A DNA stretch of 64,000 nt from Calditrichales bacterium (lineage in GTDB: Bacteria; Calditrichota; Calditrichia; Calditrichales; J004): the NCBI GenBank assembly GCA_965267575.1, contig OZ254086.1, positions 192,001 to 256,000 of the forward strand. The letters run 5' to 3'. Below are positions 19,892-29,688 of the stretch, piece by piece. The number at the start of each line of letters is the position of its first letter. Position 1 is the stretch's first letter. Made by a program: the position numbers and the translations under genes. Below the pieces are notes generated by a model that saw only the letters and a list, made by a program, of their open reading frames with translations, was not told where the DNA came from and did not search any database.

Positions 19892-21394
19892 TTATTTGAG
19901 ATGATATTGAATCTCGAGGCTGAAAAAGGAGCTGACCACATCATTGGAGTCATTATCGATATCCTTATCGTTGTCGTACGAGGCCAGCAGATCTATGCTC
20001 CAGCGATCGGACAGTGGCAGATGCCCGAATGCCAGCAATGTAATGATATTGCGGCTGGAATAGATACTCAGCACATCCTGGCCGCTGGCTTGCGGGTAGC
20101 GCCGCGCCGTATAGGAAAGCTCCGCGCTTAGAATGAAACCCGACAGAGAGCTGTGGTCCACCCCAACAGAAAACCCGTTGGCAAAATAATCCTGCTCCAG
20201 GATATATTGATCCTGCAGGCCGGCAGACGTCTCGTGGGTGCGTTCTTCGTAAATGTAACCGGTGGAAAGCACAGTCATTTCGGAGAGATCGTAGTAGAGG
20301 CGGGGATGCAGTGTATGCCAGGTATAATCGGCATCCTGCTCTGTCTTTTTTCCGAAGGTTTTAAACTGACCGGAATAGCTCATCGAAACCGACCAGGACG
20401 AGGAGAGACGCCATTTCAGGTACGGTTCGGCGCCCCTTACAAAACTGCTGTTTTGAAAAACGCTATCGCCCAGAAGATAATTAAAGCGGTTAGTGCGATA
20501 GAAAAAACGCATGTCCGCCTGCAACCGGCTGAAATCCAGAAAATGATATCCCAACGCCGCCTGCCGCTCATCCTGATCGTTTGTGCTTCTGTCGATTCCG
20601 CGCAGATAATCCCAATCATACGTGGCTTCCAGCGTATGACCCTGCCCGGGGCTGTGGCTGGCCAGCGCATACATCGTGTTACGTCGGAAATCGGGCAGCG
20701 TAGATGACGGTGACTTATAGCTCTTGATTCGTGTAATATTGCTAAGGCTAAAACGGCTGCCAGCAACACGCAGATCGGCATCCGCATCCACGTTTACTTC
20801 GTTGTAGCATTGATTTTCATAGGTAAAATTACGATCGAGAATATGCGAAGCTTTTACACCCGCGTGAAGGTTTGGTGACTGCCAGCGCAGACCGGCACTG
20901 AAGCGGTTGCTGAGATTTTCTTTATCATAACGTATATCGTTGTAAAGACTGAAAGGACTATCCTGCTGCCTGTAAGAGGCGGTCAGGCCGATAAACGGTT
21001 TATGGATTTCATCCAGCAGCACACTGTCACTTTGTTCAAAGCCCAGTTCAAACTCCTGGCGGTTATAGTCCACCCCGCTTTTAAACGCCAACGACCAGGG
21101 GCTTTGCGTGGGCGGGACGGCCGGCTTGCCGGTTTGAACCTGTGGCGCGTTTTCTTCCAGCGCTTGCTGCAGAAATATGGTGGCCAGCAGATAATCCTGC
21201 CGCGCTTCGTAGGCTTCTGCCGAATCTATCAGGCTTTTGGCCCGCGCTGACAGTCCTTCAAGGCTTTGCTGAAGCTGAATTTGAAGTTGGAGGTTTTCGA
21301 AAGCTTCCTTGTCATCCTGCGCGCATAGGGGAAATAAACCCATAAACAGCAGCACGCAAATGGCCGGCATGAAGGTGGACGTTCGGTTAAGCAT
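19892..21394 (-). CDS. Hypothetical outer-membrane beta-barrel protein
   Basis: Signal peptide; long alternating Tyr/hydrophobic beta-strand pattern; ends FSLEIQYHLK. Confidence 0.65.
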   Translation of the reverse strand: MLNRTSTFMPAICVLLFMGLFPLCAQDDKEAFENLQLQIQLQQSLEGLSARAKSLIDSAEAYEARQDYLLATIFLQQALEENAPQVQTGKPAVPPTQSPWSLAFKSGVDYNRQEFELGFEQSDSVLLDEIHKPFIGLTASYRQQDSPFSLYNDIRYDKENLSNRFSAGLRWQSPNLHAGVKASHILDRNFTYENQCYNEVNVDADADLRVAGSRFSLSNITRIKSYKSPSSTLPDFRRNTMYALASHSPGQGHTLEATYDWDYLRGIDRSTNDQDERQAALGYHFLDFSRLQADMRFFYRTNRFNYLLGDSVFQNSSFVRGAEPYLKWRLSSSWSVSMSYSGQFKTFGKKTEQDADYTWHTLHPRLYYDLSEMTVLSTGYIYEERTHETSAGLQDQYILEQDYFANGFSVGVDHSSLSGFILSAELSYTARRYPQASGQDVLSIYSSRNIITLLAFGHLPLSDRWSIDLLASYDNDKDIDNDSNDVVSSFFSLEIQYHLK

Positions 21395-21399
21395 ATGAG

Positions 21400-22908
21400 T
21401 CAGCGTACAATTCGTTCTATCTGATCGCGAACAAGCCGGTTGAGCTCCTGCACCAGCGACCAGTTTCCTTTCCGGCTCTCTTCACGCGCCTGCGCCAACA
21501 TCTCCCCGGCGCTTTCCAGCCGCGCCTGCTGCATTTCATCTAGCTCGTTGTTTTGCGACAAACGGGAAACTATGGTTTCCAGCCGCGATAACTCGTTTTC
21601 TACCGATTGTTGATCCGGTTTTTGCGGCTTCTGAATCTTGCGCATTTTCTCAACGTGGTTAAGTGTTTGCAGGCTCAGGTTTATCATAATAGAGGCGCGG
21701 CGCGGATTGCCGCCGGAAACCGCCTGTTGGGCGTTGCGAAAGAAGTGCCCGGCCTGTTCGTGCAACATATCCAGCTGCGCGTCTGATAGTTGCTGCAACT
21801 GGTTTTTCTGGAGCGTCAGGAAACGTTCGATGTCATTAAGCTGGGCATTAAGCGCGCTGTCATCGGCAACGGAACGATCATCCTGATTCAGCCTGAAAGC
21901 TTTTTGCGCCACTTTTTGCGCCAGGTCCAAATTGAGGCGGGCCTGCGTAAGATCACCGTCGCGCAGGCTGTTTTCGGCTTTTTGCAGAAGCTGTTCCGAT
22001 TTTGTGAGAAGCTGGCGCGGCTGGCCGTCTTCCCCGACATCGTCGGAAAGAGAGCGAACATAGCGCTGCAGCGACTGCAGATTATTTTCCAGGCGCTCCC
22101 GGCCACCCATTCCTTCATTCTGCGCCATATCTATTACACGGTACAACAACCGTTCGGCAATACGCATCATGGAGAGGGCCTGGCGCTGCTGATTGCCGCC
22201 GTAAAGATTGCGCGCCTGCTGCAGATATTGTCCGGCTTCCTGCAGCAATTCGGAAGCCTGGTCGTTTTCTTCCACCAGGGATTCGGCGCGCCCGTAAAGG
22301 GTTGTTAATCCGGAAAAATATTGTTCAAACCGCTGCGGGCTGTTTCCCCGGGCATCAGAGAATAAAGAAATGCCCTTGTCCGCGAAATGGCGGGCTACGC
22401 GCATAAGTTCGTGACCGCGCAGATATTCGCCGCGTTCAAAAGCCTGCTCGGCTTGCTGTTTAAAGGCCCGTGCTTTATTCAGAAAATAAAAAAGATCGCT
22501 GTTGTCGCTGCGTCCGCTTAATTGTTCGAGACGCTGGATCAGCTGTTCCAGCTCATTTTTAAGGTTGGCAGCGGGCTTCAGCAAAACCAGCCTCGCGGCA
22601 CGGTCAGCCAGGGCATTGGCCTGCATAAGCTGCTGCCTGGCCTGGAAAAAGCGCGGCGGTTCTTCACGCAAAAGGTCCTTTGCCCGCTGCAGGCCGCTTT
22701 CGGCTTCATTCAACAGGCTCAGAGCCACATCGTTCTGGTAGCGCTGCGCCATCTGCCGCACCTGCTCGATCTTGCGCTCCAGCAGGCGGAAGGTCCGTTG
22801 AATTCTCTCGCGGGAATCCTGTTGCTGCGCAAACCCCGCCGCTACAAAGAACAGAGTGGCAAGGATTACCAGGATCGTTTTTCCGTAAGGTCTTTTTGCG
22901 CTTTTCAT
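21400..22908 (-). CDS. Secreted all-helical repeat hypothetical protein
   Basis: Signal peptide; repeated L..A...L..A...L..G....A helical units. Confidence 0.7.
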   Translation of the reverse strand: MKSAKRPYGKTILVILATLFFVAAGFAQQQDSRERIQRTFRLLERKIEQVRQMAQRYQNDVALSLLNEAESGLQRAKDLLREEPPRFFQARQQLMQANALADRAARLVLLKPAANLKNELEQLIQRLEQLSGRSDNSDLFYFLNKARAFKQQAEQAFERGEYLRGHELMRVARHFADKGISLFSDARGNSPQRFEQYFSGLTTLYGRAESLVEENDQASELLQEAGQYLQQARNLYGGNQQRQALSMMRIAERLLYRVIDMAQNEGMGGRERLENNLQSLQRYVRSLSDDVGEDGQPRQLLTKSEQLLQKAENSLRDGDLTQARLNLDLAQKVAQKAFRLNQDDRSVADDSALNAQLNDIERFLTLQKNQLQQLSDAQLDMLHEQAGHFFRNAQQAVSGGNPRRASIMINLSLQTLNHVEKMRKIQKPQKPDQQSVENELSRLETIVSRLSQNNELDEMQQARLESAGEMLAQAREESRKGNWSLVQELNRLVRDQIERIVR

Positions 22909-22941
22909 TTTACGATTTTACACCTTAAAAGTATGTGAATC

Positions 22942-22977
22942 AAAAAAAGGAAACGCGCCACGAGCGGCGCGCTTCCC
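22942..22977 (-). terminator. Intrinsic terminator after lipoprotein gene
   Basis: GGAAGCGCGCC-loop-GGCGCGTTTCC followed by T7. Confidence 0.75.
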
Positions 22978-22985
22978 ATCCGGGC

Positions 22986-23966
22986 TTAGTTGGAAGGCAG
23001 CACCAGATATGGTGTACCCCACGTGGCAGAGTTGTAAGGATAAGCCTGGTCATCATCATCCAGAATGGTGCCGTTGTCGATCACGTCGATAACCGCGTGA
23101 TGAAATCCGGGGAATTGCTGGATACGCCAGGTTCCTTCGTAGATATTCTGGCCCGTGTCTGTTTGACCAACCCAATCAAAGCGTGCCTTGGCATGGTGCC
23201 CGCGGCGATTGCGGCCGTAGTGCAAACGCACGTTTTCGGTTGCCCGTGTATCTTCCGGGAAAACGATCGGATCAGGCGTGCTGTTCTGCACATATACCCT
23301 TACCGTTACTTCGTCAAAGCGGCGGAACTGGAACATGTTCTGGCGGGTCATGCGGAAGGCCAGCGGGTCTTCGATTACGATGCTGTCAGCATTATGCGGA
23401 ATTACAACAACTTTGCTGATCGCAATGCGGTTTGGATCGGATTTTCCTGAAGCAAGGCTAACCGCGTCGATCTTCCAGTTGCGTCCTGGCGTTGTACTGT
23501 CGGCACCGGCTCTTTTCTTAAGGCTGATAATGCGCTCCAGGGTGTGGCGCATCCGTTTCTCAAAGCGATTCAGTGAAAGCGTGTCACCGCGCAGCTCGCC
23601 CGTTGCAGAGACAAAACGTCCGTTAAAAGTACGGAAAACGTAAGCGGTAGCGGTGGAATCGGATGTACGGATGATCTCAATATTTCTCTCCATGGAGCGA
23701 TTCCAGATGCGGCCAAAACGCATACGCAGGTAGCCGTCTTTCTCCATGCCGCCACCCGTCCAGTTGGGATCGTAATCGCCAAACTCATTTTCGTTGGAAT
23801 CGGTAAAATCATCATAAAGAATATCCATCTCATCGTTCTCAAGAACGTATTTGATGGCCTGCTCGTCGGCAGTCTGGTCATCGTTGGCGTTATCCACAAC
23901 GCTGTCGCTGCAAGATGCCAGGATCATCATCCCGGCCAGTGTAAAAGCAAAAATCGACTTCTTCAT
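22986..23966 (-). CDS. Hypothetical lipoprotein
   Basis: Lipobox ILASC; AGGAGG RBS. Confidence 0.8.
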   Translation of the reverse strand: MKKSIFAFTLAGMMILASCSDSVVDNANDDQTADEQAIKYVLENDEMDILYDDFTDSNENEFGDYDPNWTGGGMEKDGYLRMRFGRIWNRSMERNIEIIRTSDSTATAYVFRTFNGRFVSATGELRGDTLSLNRFEKRMRHTLERIISLKKRAGADSTTPGRNWKIDAVSLASGKSDPNRIAISKVVVIPHNADSIVIEDPLAFRMTRQNMFQFRRFDEVTVRVYVQNSTPDPIVFPEDTRATENVRLHYGRNRRGHHAKARFDWVGQTDTGQNIYEGTWRIQQFPGFHHAVIDVIDNGTILDDDDQAYPYNSATWGTPYLVLPSN

Positions 23967-24033
23967 TTTATCCTCCTGTTGGACTTAAAAGTTGTTTTAC
24001 AGTTTTAGGGCCCTGTATTTCTGGTGCGTTTTA

Positions 24034-24051
24034 ATGCACAGGCCGTGCCAA
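24034..24051 (-). promoter_or_regulatory. Sigma-54 (-24/-12) promoter
   Basis: TTGGCACGGCCTGTGCAT: TGGCACG and GC with exact GG-N10-GC spacing, about 70 bp upstream of the ATG. Confidence 0.65.
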
Positions 24052-24167
24052 AGGAGAATGCGATCACTTAAAATGTTGTATTTATTTAATTTACATAAAT
24101 ATAGAAATTAACAGGCGGGTGTACGCAGCCGTACGATTACCTGTACCAAATGGTACGTTTGTACGGA

Positions 24168-25139
24168 TCAGGACAGTTTTTGCAACTGTTTGGAGATTTC
24201 GTTAAGCAGCCGTGAAAGCAGTGTGTCATAAGTGCCGGAATAACGGCAGCCAGAGGCGTGAAAGTGGCCGCCGCCGTTAAAAGCCTGGGCGACCTCACGC
24301 ACATTAACACGGTCCCGCGAGCGCAGACTGATCTTAAAAAAGCCCGGCTCAATTTCACGGATATATGCGCCCACCTCCGTACCATTAACGGAAACGGTGT
24401 AATTGGCCAGTTCCTCAATCTCGTTTTGCTCAACTCCGTCCAGCTCATTGTTATGAAGCGCGATTACGGTAACCTTGTCATTCAAATGGCGTTGCACAGA
24501 TTGCAGGCCCCGCCCAATGACGCGCAAGGCTTCCGGGCGGTGATTGAGAAATACATTGCGGGTGATAACGGCGGGTTCCACGCCATATTTCATCAACCGG
24601 GCACAGGCTTCCAGGTCGCGCGTGTGCGTGTTGGAGTAAGATAAACGGCCGGTGTCATAAACAATACCGGTATAAAGCGCCTCAGCCAGCTCTTTGTCCA
24701 GGGCAATATCGCTCTCTTCAATGATCTCAAATAACAGAGACGCCGCGGAGGAGACATCTACTTCCACAAAATCCAAATCGCTGAAATCGTCTTCGCTGGG
24801 GTGATGGTCGATCTTCATCGCCGGCATATCCTCAGAAATCAACGCGCTGATATCACCGATACGTTTGCGACCGGGCGCGTCCAGTATCAGGGCAGCATCA
24901 AACGGCTGCTTATCTTTGAAATCTTTCAGGGAGGTAATCGCAGAAAAGTTTTTTAAGAAGGCGTAACGCGGGTCTATATGCTGGTCATGGACCACAATGC
25001 GCCAGCTTTTACCCAGCTTATCAAGAAAAACAGAAGCCGCCAGCACGGAAGCTATTGCGTCGCCATCGGCATTAAGGTGCGTGGTTATCAGGTAATGATC
25101 GTATTGACGCAAAAACGCCAGTCTTTTGCTATGGCTCAT
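24168..25139 (-). CDS. nrnA: DHH/DHHA1 oligoribonuclease/pAp phosphatase (NrnA family)
   Basis: H.NADGDA, IDHH, YDTG, SLRS, GGGH..ASG. Confidence 0.85.
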   Translation of the reverse strand: MSHSKRLAFLRQYDHYLITTHLNADGDAIASVLAASVFLDKLGKSWRIVVHDQHIDPRYAFLKNFSAITSLKDFKDKQPFDAALILDAPGRKRIGDISALISEDMPAMKIDHHPSEDDFSDLDFVEVDVSSAASLLFEIIEESDIALDKELAEALYTGIVYDTGRLSYSNTHTRDLEACARLMKYGVEPAVITRNVFLNHRPEALRVIGRGLQSVQRHLNDKVTVIALHNNELDGVEQNEIEELANYTVSVNGTEVGAYIREIEPGFFKISLRSRDRVNVREVAQAFNGGGHFHASGCRYSGTYDTLLSRLLNEISKQLQKLS

Positions 25140-25714
25140 GTTCCGTCCTCAGCATTTGCAATGGCAAGCAAGGGCCATTTTCGGGCAAGAATGTACCAGA
25201 TGTATATCATCAAAAAAGCCAGGATTGTTCCAACGGCAGCGCCGGCAAGGGCATCCAGCGGATAGTGTACGCCCACGGCAATGCGTGAGTAGGCGACCAG
25301 CGCGGCGAGGCTGTAAAACAATCCCCTGAAACGACGATAATAAAACGAAAAAACCGTTGCCAGGGCAAAAAAATTTGCAGCATGGTTGGATGGCATTGAG
25401 TAGGAGGAGGTTTTATTTACGGTCAGATGGACGTTTTCCAACGCATTGCAGGGCCGGATGCGCTGAATGTTTTTCTTTAGCACGCGGTGTGAAATCGCGT
25501 CCGCGCTGCCAACGGATAGTATTGCTATTACCAGGGCTATGCGTCCCCGTTTGCCGCCTTTCCACAGCAGGCCGAAAATGACGGCGAGCCAGACCGGCAG
25601 CCAGGTCCATTTATTTGTAATGATGGGCATGATAACATCAAAAACGGGATTGGCCAGAGTGACATTAAAGAAATAAAAAAGCGCAACATCCCATCCTACC
25701 AGCGTTTCAATCAT
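25136..25714 (-). CDS. PAP2-family membrane phosphatase
   Basis: K.....RP, SMPSNHA, SRIAVGVHYP.D. Start corrected to ATG 25714 because the longer ORF-track start overlaps the tRNA. Confidence 0.88.
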   Translation of the reverse strand: MIETLVGWDVALFYFFNVTLANPVFDVIMPIITNKWTWLPVWLAVIFGLLWKGGKRGRIALVIAILSVGSADAISHRVLKKNIQRIRPCNALENVHLTVNKTSSYSMPSNHAANFFALATVFSFYYRRFRGLFYSLAALVAYSRIAVGVHYPLDALAGAAVGTILAFLMIYIWYILARKWPLLAIANAEDGT

Positions 25715-25729
25715 GTTTATTCTCCGGAT

Positions 25730-25759
25730 AAAAAAAAAGCATCCCGTTTCCGGAATGCT
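25730..25759 (-). terminator. Intrinsic terminator downstream of tRNA-Leu
   Basis: AGCATTCCG-GAAA-CGGGATGCT followed by a T-run. Confidence 0.8.
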
Positions 25760-25765
25760 CTCAAG

Positions 25766-25850
25766 TGCTGAGGGCGGGACTCGAACCCGCACGGGCATCT
25801 CGCCCACTACCCCCTCAAGATAGCGTGTCTACCAATTCCACCACCCCAGC
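25766..25850 (-). tRNA. tRNA-Leu (GAG)
   Basis: GCTGGGGTGGTGGAATTGGTAGACACGCTATCTTGAGGGGGTAG...GGTTCGAGTCCCGCCCTCAGCA; long variable arm; typical position after secG; CCA not encoded. Confidence 0.95.
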
Positions 25851-25864
25851 GCTTTTAAGTTTTT

Positions 25865-26254
25865 TTAATTGCCTTGTGGTTGCTGCTGATCTTGCTGGTC
25901 ACCGGCGGGTGCCTGGGTTGGTGCCTCTTCAAGCGGTGCAACAGGCAGCGTGGATTCCGGTATGGACTGCTGCTCTTCCTGCATGCGCTGCTCGATCAGA
26001 CTTTGCTGAGCTTCCTCGGATTCGCTTTTGTACAGCACACCCATAATGATTGCCAGGATCATGTAGCCTGCCGCGATATACGTGGTAGTTTTGCTGAGAA
26101 AGTCTGCCGCACCGCGCGCGCCAAACATGGTTTGACCGGCCATACCGCCACCGATGCTTCCGGACAGGCCCTGGCCTTTACCGGCTTGAAGCAGGATTAC
26201 GACGACCATCAGAAAACTTAACAGAACAAATAAAATCACCAAAAAAGTATACAT
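25865..26254 (-). CDS. secG: Preprotein translocase subunit SecG
   Basis: Two TM helices, LLQ.GKGQGL...FGARGAADFLSKTT; lies between tpiA and tRNA-Leu. Confidence 0.93.
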   Translation of the reverse strand: MYTFLVILFVLLSFLMVVVILLQAGKGQGLSGSIGGGMAGQTMFGARGAADFLSKTTTYIAAGYMILAIIMGVLYKSESEEAQQSLIEQRMQEEQQSIPESTLPVAPLEEAPTQAPAGDQQDQQQPQGN

Positions 26255-26318
26255 CTAAAAATCAGCTCCTTTTTCAACCAAAGACGGGTAATTTAGTTAG
26301 TGGAAATAATGCCTGCAA

Positions 26319-27080
26319 CTATTTTTGTGCGCTTTGAATAATCGGTACGAAGCTCTCTGCCTTCAGACAGGCACCGCCAACCAGCGCGCCGTCTATATCC
26401 GGCTGTCCCAACAAACTCTGTGCGTTTTCCGGTTTCACGCTGCCGCCGTATTGAATACGGATCTCTTCGGCCCTTTCTACGCCGAACTGCTTTTCAATCA
26501 GGCCGCGGATGTGGGCGTGCACTTCCTGCGCCTGCTCCGGCGTGGCCGTCTTGCCCGTCCCAATGGCCCAGACCGGTTCATAAGCAATGACGACATTGGC
26601 CATTTCATCCGGTGTAAGACCTTCAAAAGCACCTTCCACCTGGCGGGCAACCACCTTGTTTGTAACGCCTGATTCACGTTCTTCCAGCACCTCGCCCACA
26701 CAGACAATCGGCTTAAGACCCGCATTAAGCGCGGCACGGATGCGCTTGTTAACCGTTTCGTCGCTCTCGCCAAAATACTGGCGCCTTTCAGAGTGACCAA
26801 TGATAACGTATTCCGCGCCGGTGCTTTTTATCATCCCGGCACTCACTTCACCGGTAAAAGCCCCGCTGTCTTCCCAGTATACATTCTGCGCGCCAAGGGC
26901 CAGCGGACTATCCTTTATTACATCCTGCACCACGGAAAGCGCCGTAAACGGCGGGCACAGCACAATATCCACATCATCGATACCGGTTGTCTTTATTTTT
27001 ATCTGATTGGCCAGTTGCTGCGCTTCTTTATTGTCCTTGTGCAGCTTCCAGTTGCCGGCGATAATCGGCCTGCGTTTCAT
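26319..27080 (-). CDS. tpiA: Triosephosphate isomerase
   Basis: AGNWK, IGHSERR, AYEPVWAIGTG, YGGSV, DGALVGGA. Confidence 0.97.
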   Translation of the reverse strand: MKRRPIIAGNWKLHKDNKEAQQLANQIKIKTTGIDDVDIVLCPPFTALSVVQDVIKDSPLALGAQNVYWEDSGAFTGEVSAGMIKSTGAEYVIIGHSERRQYFGESDETVNKRIRAALNAGLKPIVCVGEVLEERESGVTNKVVARQVEGAFEGLTPDEMANVVIAYEPVWAIGTGKTATPEQAQEVHAHIRGLIEKQFGVERAEEIRIQYGGSVKPENAQSLLGQPDIDGALVGGACLKAESFVPIIQSAQK

Positions 27081-27237
27081 AAATCCTCCTATATTTCACC
27101 ACAACAAATTCATGATCAGAATTCTAGAGCCTGATCAGCTGAGAAATTCTTCACGCCTTTCAGAACAACAAACAGCGGCATGTCATCCCGTGCCTGCGAA
27201 GAATCTGCTTTTTCATGCCCATTATGGTGATTGTTTT

Positions 27238-28437
27238 CTATTTAGCGTCTGTTAATGCGGCTATGCCCGGAAGTTCCTTACCTTCCAAAAATTCCAGAGA
27301 TGCGCCGCCGCCGGTTGAAATATGCGAAAAGCCGTCTTCCAGATTAAACTTTACCACCGCCGCGGCACTGTCTCCGCCGCCTACAATACTGATGGCGCCG
27401 TTGGTGGTGGCTTCAACCATGGCCTCGGCGACACGCCGCGTGCCGTGCGCAAAATTGGGCATTTCAAAAACGCCCATCGGGCCATTCCAGACAATCGTGT
27501 TGGCTTTGCTGATTATCTCACCAAAGTGCTCGGCTGTTTTGGGGCCTATATCAAGGCCCATCATAAACGGCGCGATACTGTCCACATTAAAAATTTCCGT
27601 GCGCGTGTTGTTGTCGAACTCTTCCCCGGCAACGACATCAAGCGGCAGGTGTAGTTTTGATTCGCTGGATTCGGCCTTTTTCATGATCGATCCAGCCAGC
27701 TCGATTTTATCTTCTTCGAGAAGCGATTTACCAATCTCATACCCTTTAGCCTTAAAAAAAGTGTAGGCCATGCCACCTCCGATGATCAGATCATCCACCT
27801 TATCCAGCAGATTGGTGATCACATCAATCTTGCCGGAGATTTTAGCGCCGCCCAAAACGGCCACCAACGGGCGCTTCGGTTTTTCGATCGCTTCGCCGAG
27901 ATAGGCCAGTTCTTTTTCTATCAGGTAGCCGGCCAGCGACTTGTCAAAAAATTCGGTAACGCCGTGTGTGCTGGCATGAGCGCGGTGCGCTGTCCCGAAT
28001 GCATCGTTTACAAAAATGTCACAACCCTGCGCCAGATCACGGGCAAAATTTTCATCATTGTCCGTTTCTTCGTTGTGGAAACGCAGGTTTTCCAGCAGCA
28101 TTATGTTGCCGGCCTTGAGGTTCTTTTTTTGCTTCAACACCTCCTGGCCAATACAATCAGAGGCCATAAAAACGTCTTTTTTCAATAATTGCCCCAGACG
28201 CTCCGCAACCGGTTTCAGACGCATTTCTTCTACTACTTTGCCCTTGGGCCGGCCGAGGTGGCTGCACAAAACCGCTTTGCCGCCATCGCCAATAATTTTC
28301 TGTATGGTTTTCAGCGACATCACGATGCGGCGGTCGTCGGTTATCTGCTGATGCTCATCCAGCGGCACATTAAAATCACAGCGCACCAGTACCGTTTTGT
28401 CTTTAAAATTTTCATTTGCCACGGACAATTTGGCCAT
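27238..28437 (-). CDS. pgk: Phosphoglycerate kinase
   Basis: DFNVP, SHLGRP, LENLRF, NDAFGTAHRAHAS, HISTGGGASLE. Confidence 0.97.
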   Translation of the reverse strand: MAKLSVANENFKDKTVLVRCDFNVPLDEHQQITDDRRIVMSLKTIQKIIGDGGKAVLCSHLGRPKGKVVEEMRLKPVAERLGQLLKKDVFMASDCIGQEVLKQKKNLKAGNIMLLENLRFHNEETDNDENFARDLAQGCDIFVNDAFGTAHRAHASTHGVTEFFDKSLAGYLIEKELAYLGEAIEKPKRPLVAVLGGAKISGKIDVITNLLDKVDDLIIGGGMAYTFFKAKGYEIGKSLLEEDKIELAGSIMKKAESSESKLHLPLDVVAGEEFDNNTRTEIFNVDSIAPFMMGLDIGPKTAEHFGEIISKANTIVWNGPMGVFEMPNFAHGTRRVAEAMVEATTNGAISIVGGGDSAAAVVKFNLEDGFSHISTGGGASLEFLEGKELPGIAALTDAK

Positions 28438-28461
28438 GGTTATTCCTCCTTATAATCAACA

Positions 28462-28487
28462 AAGGGCTACCCCTTAGGATAGCCCTT
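28462..28487 (-). terminator. Hairpin between gap and pgk (terminator/attenuator)
   Basis: AAGGGCTA.CC-loop-GG.TAGCCCTT. Confidence 0.55.
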
Positions 28488-28495
28488 GCGGCGTT

Positions 28496-29497
28496 TTACA
28501 GGTTTGCCATTTTCTTAATCAGATCCTTGGTGCGGCAGGAGTAACCCCATTCGTTGTCGTACCAGGAAATCACTTTCACAAAATTGCCGTCCAGAACGGA
28601 CGTGGAAAGCGAATCAAAAATGCTGGAGTGCGGGTTATCGATTATATCCACCGATACCAGCGGCTCATCACTGTACTCTAGAACACCTTTCATGGGACCC
28701 TCGGCTGCTTTTTTCATCGCGGCGTTGATCTCTTCGGCCGTGGCGTTTTTATTCAGCTCAACCACAAGGTCAACCACGGAACCGTCACTTACCGGAACGC
28801 GCATGGCCATGCCATCCAGTTTGCCGTTCAGTTCAGGGATCACTTTACCAACGGCACGGGCGGCACCCGTTGTTGTAGGAATAATACTTACGGCGGCAGC
28901 ACGTGCACGGCGCAGGTCGCTGTGCGGCAAATCGAGGATTTGCTGGTCATTTGTGTAAGCGTGCGTTGTTGTCATCAGGCCGCGCTTGATGCCGAATGTC
29001 TCGTGCAGCACTTTGGCAACAGGAGCCAGACAGTTGGTTGTACAGGAAGCGTTGGAAACAATGCGGTCGGAAGCTTTAAGCGTATCATCGTTAACACCAA
29101 GAACAACGGTATTATCAATTTCGTCTTTGGCCGGTACGGTCAAGATCACTTTTTTTGCACCTGCGTTGAGGTGGTTCTCAATCTGCGATCTTTTTCTGAA
29201 CACGCCGGTTGACTCCACAACCACATCTACATTAAGATCTTTCCACGGCAGGTTGGCCGGATCACGCTCGGCCATTACTTTCACTTTCCAGTCGCCGGCT
29301 ATCAGGCTGTCGCCTTCATGGCGTACAGGATGCGGGTAGCGGCCGTGAACGGAGTCATATTTTAAAAGATGGGCCAGTGTTTTTGCATCGGTAAGGTCGT
29401 TGATGGCAACAACCTGCATATCTTTGTCTTCCTGGCAGGCCTTAAAAACCAGACGACCGATACGTCCAAAACCGTTAATGGCAACGCGAATACTCAT
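28496..29497 (-). CDS. gap: Glyceraldehyde-3-phosphate dehydrogenase type I
   Basis: [31 protein letters not shown]. Confidence 0.97.
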   Translation of the reverse strand: MSIRVAINGFGRIGRLVFKACQEDKDMQVVAINDLTDAKTLAHLLKYDSVHGRYPHPVRHEGDSLIAGDWKVKVMAERDPANLPWKDLNVDVVVESTGVFRKRSQIENHLNAGAKKVILTVPAKDEIDNTVVLGVNDDTLKASDRIVSNASCTTNCLAPVAKVLHETFGIKRGLMTTTHAYTNDQQILDLPHSDLRRARAAAVSIIPTTTGAARAVGKVIPELNGKLDGMAMRVPVSDGSVVDLVVELNKNATAEEINAAMKKAAEGPMKGVLEYSDEPLVSVDIIDNPHSSIFDSLSTSVLDGNFVKVISWYDNEWGYSCRTKDLIKKMANL

Positions 29498-29688
29498 GTG
29501 TAAGCTCCTTCATATTTAGGATTTTTAATGTCGTTTATTCCTCGTCTAAAAGAACGATAAATTAACTACTCCAAAAAGTTAAAGCAAGCAATCATTCGCT
29601 TTGTTTACAACAATCCAATGCCTTATCTTTCGGCATGCCTAACTTCAATAAAAATTGAGTTTTAAGGCACCAAAATCAAAGGGAACAC

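Noticed and set aside
25715-25807. N-terminal extension of the PAP2 ORF
   Set aside because: It overlaps tRNA-Leu and its terminator; the true start is likely 25714.
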